Source: Nitrospirae bacterium GWC2_57_13 (GTDB lineage: Bacteria > Nitrospirota > UBA9217). From it: a stretch of 58,716 nucleotides of DNA. Below the pieces are notes generated by a model. The model ran no database searches. It saw only the letters and a list, made by a program, of their open reading frames with translations, and was not told the origin of the DNA. A program made the translations under genes and the position numbers. Location: contig MHDZ01000066.1 of the NCBI GenBank assembly GCA_001805055.1, forward strand, positions 4,904 through 63,619. The letters are read 5' to 3'. Positions within the stretch are counted from its first letter, which is position 1. Every line of letters begins with the position of its first letter. This document shows positions 57,188-58,716 of this stretch, in pieces.

Positions 57188-58615
57188 ATGAAAGAACTTA
57201 TAGATACGCAACGCAAATTTTTTGCAATTTTGAACGAGTTCTTCAAGAGAGCAACAGGTGAAGAAGCCGCTCAATTTGCTCCCTCGACAGACGATTTCGA
57301 CAAGCGAATCCGCCGTGATGCTCATAGTCTAGCGGTAACTGTTGCTGATGCGTTTAATTGGTTTTACCCGGAAATAATCTCTTTTTACGAGCAGCAGAAA
57401 ACAGCCACATTTCGACAAGCAAAGCATATTGGCGGGCTAAAGTTTGTCCTAGGCGGTGCATCGCGTTTTACTGAAACTCATTTTAACTCTGTAAGGAAAG
57501 TACTGCTATATGCGGATACGATCTTAATTCCGGACCCAATCTTGCCTTGGATTGAAAGTCCTCGTACTGAAGAGCGGTTTCGAGATGTCCTACTATTACG
57601 AGAAACATTCAGCCTTCTTCGCCTCAAACCTTTAATCGATGCTAATATCGTGTATCCGGCGGTCCATGTTTTCCAAAGTTGGGAGAAGTCGCTGCAGGAC
57701 CAAGATCGACAGACCATTGAAGGCATTTTAGGCCTTACGGCAGGCGTCATTGGAAGTTACCTCGGCCATAATTTTGAGTCCTTTGATGATTTACGCGCTT
57801 TCATTAGGCGCAATCCCGCCGACTATTTGTCAGGAATCGAACAGCACAATCTCTTCGTCGCCCCTGGGCAAGAAGTGATTGGAAAACCACTAAAGACTCA
57901 GATATCAGAATATGTGGCTGATATCCGTGAATGGCGAACCAAAGATTTTATTCAAAAAATTGAAAAACTCTCTCCAGCGGAACTCGTTACAAACGGGATA
58001 ACTGAACGTTTCACACATCAATACCACTTGATGGAAAATGCAGAAGAGCTCTCAGCGAATCCAATGGTTGCCATTTCTCAGCAATGGCATTATTTTGAAT
58101 TGTGTGCGCGAGCAACTGAACGTCGTCTAATTGAGCGTGGTATTATGAGCGAAGAGGCTGTTCGCACAATTAGGGCGTTTGACGCCCCTGGTTTAAGTTG
58201 GCTTGGCAACATAAGTATCGCTGACTTAGTACAGTTACGCGAGGCTAATGAGAACGAGTATTTTCGAAAAGAGCTGGACAATCAACTTCACCAGTTACAT
58301 GGAGCAACTGCCAGTGATCTTAATCGCATTGCAGCTGAAGTCTCACACGCAATTGCCTCTCTTATTGCAAAGCACAAAAATGAATTGGCTGATATCCAGA
58401 GGAAGTATAATGGTCTCCATACGAAAACTGCGGTTACAGCTTGGGTGACGGCAGCTGCTGCATTCTCTCCAATTTTGGGACCATTCGTAGGTACGGTGGC
58501 AGCCCCACTTGCGGTTTTTGGGAAATATGTTTGGGATAAATATAACGAACGCCAAGACCTAAATCATGCATCGAAATCACTTATGGGCATTTTTGCAAAG
58601 GCAGATGGGGATTAG
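57188..58615 (+). CDS. hypothetical protein, AT-rich (probably horizontally acquired)
   Basis: 475-aa ORF with clearly lower GC than the core genes; coiled-coil-like stretch then a hydrophobic Ala/Gly segment near the C-terminus; no family recognised. Confidence 0.8.
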   Translation: MKELIDTQRKFFAILNEFFKRATGEEAAQFAPSTDDFDKRIRRDAHSLAVTVADAFNWFYPEIISFYEQQKTATFRQAKHIGGLKFVLGGASRFTETHFNSVRKVLLYADTILIPDPILPWIESPRTEERFRDVLLLRETFSLLRLKPLIDANIVYPAVHVFQSWEKSLQDQDRQTIEGILGLTAGVIGSYLGHNFESFDDLRAFIRRNPADYLSGIEQHNLFVAPGQEVIGKPLKTQISEYVADIREWRTKDFIQKIEKLSPAELVTNGITERFTHQYHLMENAEELSANPMVAISQQWHYFELCARATERRLIERGIMSEEAVRTIRAFDAPGLSWLGNISIADLVQLREANENEYFRKELDNQLHQLHGATASDLNRIAAEVSHAIASLIAKHKNELADIQRKYNGLHTKTAVTAWVTAAAAFSPILGPFVGTVAAPLAVFGKYVWDKYNERQDLNHASKSLMGIFAKADGD

Positions 58616-58716
58616 AATCTTAACATTAATGCGCCAGTTCTATAGCGAAGTGCAACACTTGGGGTAGCCATGCTATCCTAAGTGTCTATGCCAAAACTCT
58701 ATAAGCAGCTATCCCA

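Overview
GC-rich chromosomal window from an anaerobic, multiheme-cytochrome-rich, apparently selenocysteine-using bacterium (gene content resembles Nitrospirota/Desulfobacterota; this is inference). It holds about 50 CDSs. These include housekeeping and redox genes (PrpE-like acyl-CoA synthetase, PDO-TrxR fusion, 2-oxoacid:ferredoxin oxidoreductase, WrbA, P-type ATPase), an ECF sigma/anti-sigma locus with two matching promoters, an arsenosugar-type cluster with a fused ArsS-ArsM, a porin-multiheme cytochrome locus with an OmcE-like cytochrome, and a 17-heme repeat cytochrome whose 3' end is duplicated around a small HigBA-carrying insert. The ORF track misses or splits three probable UGA-recoded selenoproteins and omits a 20-aa Cys-rich peptide. 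The best candidate for a new system is a 40-aa peptide ending C-R-K-U-K-G-U-K-S (two UGA codons, a SECIS-like hairpin, strong RBS) directly upstream of a radical SAM/SPASM enzyme, i.e. a putative selenocysteine RiPP. A second rSAM/SPASM plus micro-peptide pair and a three-copy structured intergenic element also stand out. I found no rRNA, tRNA or CRISPR array by eye. All family assignments come from motif recognition, not database searches.
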